Made by a program: the position numbers and the translations under genes. DNA of 64,000 nucleotides from an uncultured cyanobacterium (GTDB taxonomy: Bacteria > Cyanobacteriota > Cyanobacteriia > CAKZMO01), in NCBI GenBank assembly GCA_963719515.1, contig CAVRCJ010000006.1:64001-128000 (forward strand). The letters run 5' to 3'. Positions within the stretch are counted from its first letter, which is position 1, and the number at the start of each line of letters is the position of its first letter. The notes below the pieces were generated by a model. That model saw nothing but the letters and a program-made list of their open reading frames with translations, was not told the origin of the DNA and did no database searches. Shown piece after piece: positions 60,966 through 64,000 of this stretch.

Positions 60966-62234
60966 ATGAGCCCCACCCCCGATTTGCCCCAGCGCTGCAG
61001 CACGCACCGAGCCGTCTTACCCAACGGGCTTGTTGTTTTGATTACCGAGAATCCTGCCGCTGACATTGTGGCAACTCGCGTGCTGGTGCAGTCTGGCGGA
61101 CGGTGTGAACCCCCTGAGCAGGGAGGCGTTTCGGGACTGCTGGCCTCTGTATTGACGAAGGGTACAGCCCACTATTCTTCCCATGAAATTGCTGAGACGG
61201 TGGAGTCGCTGGGGGCATCGCTAGGGGCGGATGCGGCTTCCGACTACTGCATGCTGGGGGCGAAGACCGTCTCTGAAGACTTTCCGGCTATCCTAGCGCT
61301 GATGGCCGAAATCTTGCGATCGCCGACCTTCTCCGAACCCGAAGTGGCCTTAGAGCAGCGGCTCGCGATCCAAGAGGTGCGCTCGATGCAGGAGCAGCCC
61401 TTTTCAGTGGCCTATCAGCAGCTGCAGCAGGCGCTCTACGGCACTCATCCCTACGCCACGGGGACTGTGGGCACCGAGAAAACCCTGGCCCAACTCGACC
61501 GGAGCCACGTCCAGACTTACTACCAGAATCACTTTCACCCCGATCGCAGCATCATCAGCATTGCGGGGCGCATTAGCGTGGACGAGGCGATCGCCCGCGT
61601 CAGCGGCGTTTTTGGGGACTGGCCCCGGTCGGGCACCTCTACTGACGAGGTGCCCGCGGTCGCACCCCGAGCCCCCCAGCAGGTGGCCACGCCCCAAGAG
61701 ACCCAGCAGTCGGTGATTATGCTGGGTTATCTAGTTCCCCCGGTGCATCACCCCGACTACTCGGCGCTCAAGATCCTCAGCACCTACTTGGGCAACGGGC
61801 TATCGAGCCGCTTGTTTGTGGAATTTCGCGAAAAGCGTGGCTTGGCCTACGACGTCTCAGCCCTCTATCCCACCCGCCTCGACACCTCCCATTTCATCCT
61901 CTACATCGGCACGGCAGCCCACAATACGGCGATCGCCCGGGAGGGTCTACAGCAGGAAATGGAGCGGCTCTGTCAGCAGGCGCTGACGCCTGACGCGCTG
62001 CAAATTGCCCAGAATAAGCTGCTGGGTCAATACGCGCTGGGCAAGCAAACCAACAGCCAAATTGCCCAGCTGATGGGCTGGTATGAGGTTTTGGGGCTCG
62101 GGATAGAGTTTGACCAAACGTTTCAGCAGCGCTGCCGCGAAGTGACCCCCGAAGATGTGCAGCGCGTAGCGCAGAGCTACTTTAGCGACAGTCCCTTCGT
62201 TTCTATGGTGGGCCCCAACGAATTTCTGGCTTAG
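60966..62234 (+). CDS. M16 family peptidase-like protein (non-catalytic partner)
   Basis: LPNGL and SSRLF.E.REKRGLAY motifs; HxxEH replaced by GLLAS. Confidence 0.9.
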   Translation: MSPTPDLPQRCSTHRAVLPNGLVVLITENPAADIVATRVLVQSGGRCEPPEQGGVSGLLASVLTKGTAHYSSHEIAETVESLGASLGADAASDYCMLGAKTVSEDFPAILALMAEILRSPTFSEPEVALEQRLAIQEVRSMQEQPFSVAYQQLQQALYGTHPYATGTVGTEKTLAQLDRSHVQTYYQNHFHPDRSIISIAGRISVDEAIARVSGVFGDWPRSGTSTDEVPAVAPRAPQQVATPQETQQSVIMLGYLVPPVHHPDYSALKILSTYLGNGLSSRLFVEFREKRGLAYDVSALYPTRLDTSHFILYIGTAAHNTAIAREGLQQEMERLCQQALTPDALQIAQNKLLGQYALGKQTNSQIAQLMGWYEVLGLGIEFDQTFQQRCREVTPEDVQRVAQSYFSDSPFVSMVGPNEFLA

Positions 62235-62428
62235 CCAAATTTCTAGCTCAGCCAACATTGCCTCATCTCACTTCTGCCTTTATGCAATCGGCTTGAAATT
62301 GACGTCGCTGCCCGCTTCTTGTATCCTCAATCAACAATTGATAGCCCTCTAGATCCGAATTGAGCATGATTTTGGCAAACGCCCTCTAAGACATAGGCAT
62401 TTACCGTTGCTTTCTCTATACTCAGTGC

Positions 62429-63850
62429 ATGACAGCTACGCCCGTACCCCCACAACCTATTGACCCTAGATCTTCTGCTCAGACGTCAACTAACGTATAT
62501 GCGCTAAAAGACGTGGTGGCTCGGCTGTATCGAGACCAGAGCAAAATTCAAGATTTGCTGGGTTCTCTAAGTTTCGCGCTGCGGAGCTTCAAAAATCTTA
62601 ACCAGTTCTTAGAGCTAACGCCGCTCATTGCCAGTCGGGTTGCCGACGCTGACGGCGGCTTGCTGGTGCTGGTCCAAGGGGGGAGGCTACAGCTTGAGCG
62701 GCTGCACTGTCAGGACGGAGACCCGCGCCAGCAGCTGCAGCAGACTATTACTAGAACAGTGCGGGATTTAGCGGCCCGGCTGACCTCGCCCATCCAGGCC
62801 GAAGCGGGAGCCGCCGTGATGACGGCGCTCGATCAGCAGCTCACCCGCAGTCTAGGGCCAACGACCCAGCTGTTTAGTGAACCTATTTTGGTCAAAAATG
62901 CTGAGCGGGGACGGCTCTATCTGTTTAGCCACCAGCCCGACTACATTTGGACCGAAACCCGACAGAAGCTGACGCGCCTAGTGGCCGATCAAACCGCCGT
63001 GGCTATCGAGAACAACGAGCTGACGGCAGAGCTGCGCAAGAAAGAGCGCCTAGACCGCGAGCTAGAGATCGGCTCAGAAATTCAAGTGCAGCTGCTGCCC
63101 CGTCACTGTCCTAAGATCCACGGCCTCACGCTCGCGGCCCGCTGCCAGACCGCAAACCGAGTGGGCGGCGACTATTATGATTTTATCCCAGCAAACTACG
63201 ACCAGGGCTGGTCGCAAAACCCTGACGATTTGGCCTACCGTCGCTGGAGCATTACCATCGGGGACGTCATGGGTAAAGGGGTACCGGCTGGCCTGATTAT
63301 GACCATGCTGCGGGGAATGCTGCGGGCCGAGGTGCTCAACCAGCATTCCCCCGCCCGAATTTTGCAGCATCTCAATCACGTCATGTATTCTGACCTAGAG
63401 AATTCTAATCGGTTTGTGACGCTCTTCTATTCGGAGTACGACCCTAAGACCGCTGTCTTGTCCTACAGCAATGCGGCCCACAATCCGCCGCTGCTGTGGC
63501 AGGCTAAAACCCAGTCAATTCATCGCCTCGACACCTCATCTGGAATGCTGATTGGGCTTGATATTGACAGCCAGTACGATGAAAACAGCGTGCAGCTTCA
63601 AGATGGAGATACCGTGCTCTACTTTACCGACGGCTTCACTGACGCTGCTAGCCCCAGGGGCGATCGCTTTGGGGAAGACAACATTGAGCGGCTGTTCCGC
63701 AACGCCTGCGGATACGGCTACAGTCCCCAAGAAATCCTAGACCACCTATTCGAGCAAGTGCAGGCGTTTGCGGGCCTTGCAAGACAGCGAGAAGATGATA
63801 TGACCCTAGTTGTGCTGCAGGCGCAGCCGTCACCGTCAACGAGTGGATGA
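62429..63850 (+). CDS. GAF + SpoIIE/RsbU-type PP2C phosphatase
   Basis: VGGDYYD, GDVMGKG, FTDG and DDMT motifs. Confidence 0.93.
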   Translation: MTATPVPPQPIDPRSSAQTSTNVYALKDVVARLYRDQSKIQDLLGSLSFALRSFKNLNQFLELTPLIASRVADADGGLLVLVQGGRLQLERLHCQDGDPRQQLQQTITRTVRDLAARLTSPIQAEAGAAVMTALDQQLTRSLGPTTQLFSEPILVKNAERGRLYLFSHQPDYIWTETRQKLTRLVADQTAVAIENNELTAELRKKERLDRELEIGSEIQVQLLPRHCPKIHGLTLAARCQTANRVGGDYYDFIPANYDQGWSQNPDDLAYRRWSITIGDVMGKGVPAGLIMTMLRGMLRAEVLNQHSPARILQHLNHVMYSDLENSNRFVTLFYSEYDPKTAVLSYSNAAHNPPLLWQAKTQSIHRLDTSSGMLIGLDIDSQYDENSVQLQDGDTVLYFTDGFTDAASPRGDRFGEDNIERLFRNACGYGYSPQEILDHLFEQVQAFAGLARQREDDMTLVVLQAQPSPSTSG

Positions 63851-63896
63851 GGGGCGATCGCGCCTCATGCCTTTGAGTTCGAGTCCCCTTGAAGCG

Positions 63897-64000
63897 TTAG
63901 AGCGGCACTGCTAACCATGAGACCACGGCCCCCAGCACCGACCCGGCAATGACCTGAGCGGGGGTGTGGCCCAACAGCTCTTTGAGCCGGTCTTCGTTGA
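63897..64000 (-). CDS. Divergent PAP2 family (DUF212) protein, C-terminal end only
   Basis: My translation: ...NEDRLKELLGHTPAQVIAGSVLGAVVSWLAVPL*, with the LKELLGHT signature. Confidence 0.85.
   Translation of the reverse strand, partial: NEDRLKELLGHTPAQVIAGSVLGAVVSWLAVPL

Overview
64-kb chromosomal window from a GC-rich cyanobacterium, judged from the abundant HIP1 octamer GCGATCGC and genes such as por, glgX, thiC, a cyanobacterial pilA and lexA. Main blocks, left to right: (1) partial Na+/solute symporter and lexA with its own LexA box; (2) a guanidine utilisation locus split into two divergent units, gdmH-hypA-hypB on the minus strand (gdmH has an apparent +1 frameshift near its 5' end) and a guanidine-I riboswitch-led ABC importer on the plus strand; (3) housekeeping genes (larB, peptide ABC binding protein, S8 protease, glgX, por, S66 peptidase, NUDIX) plus an IS5 remnant; (4) an AT-richer ~18.5-kb sulfated exopolysaccharide cluster (wzc, wza, WecG/TagA, PglK-like ABC flippase, 3 sulfotransferases, 5 more glycosyltransferases, Wzy-like protein); (5) TPP riboswitch-thiC; (6) a divergent EACC1-like gene and caspase-FGE/C-lectin gene, a candidate conflict module; (7) a type IV pilin modification locus (pilA, O-GlcNAc transferase, two FkbM methyltransferases); (8) a TnpA-less IS200/IS605 element with intact TnpB and a small ribbon-helix-helix gene in the TnpA position, whose ends predict a TTAG target motif; (9) an M16 peptidase pair, an RsbU-type phosphatase and a partial DUF212 gene. 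No rRNA, tRNA or CRISPR array was seen. All family calls come from motif recognition by eye; no database searches were run.
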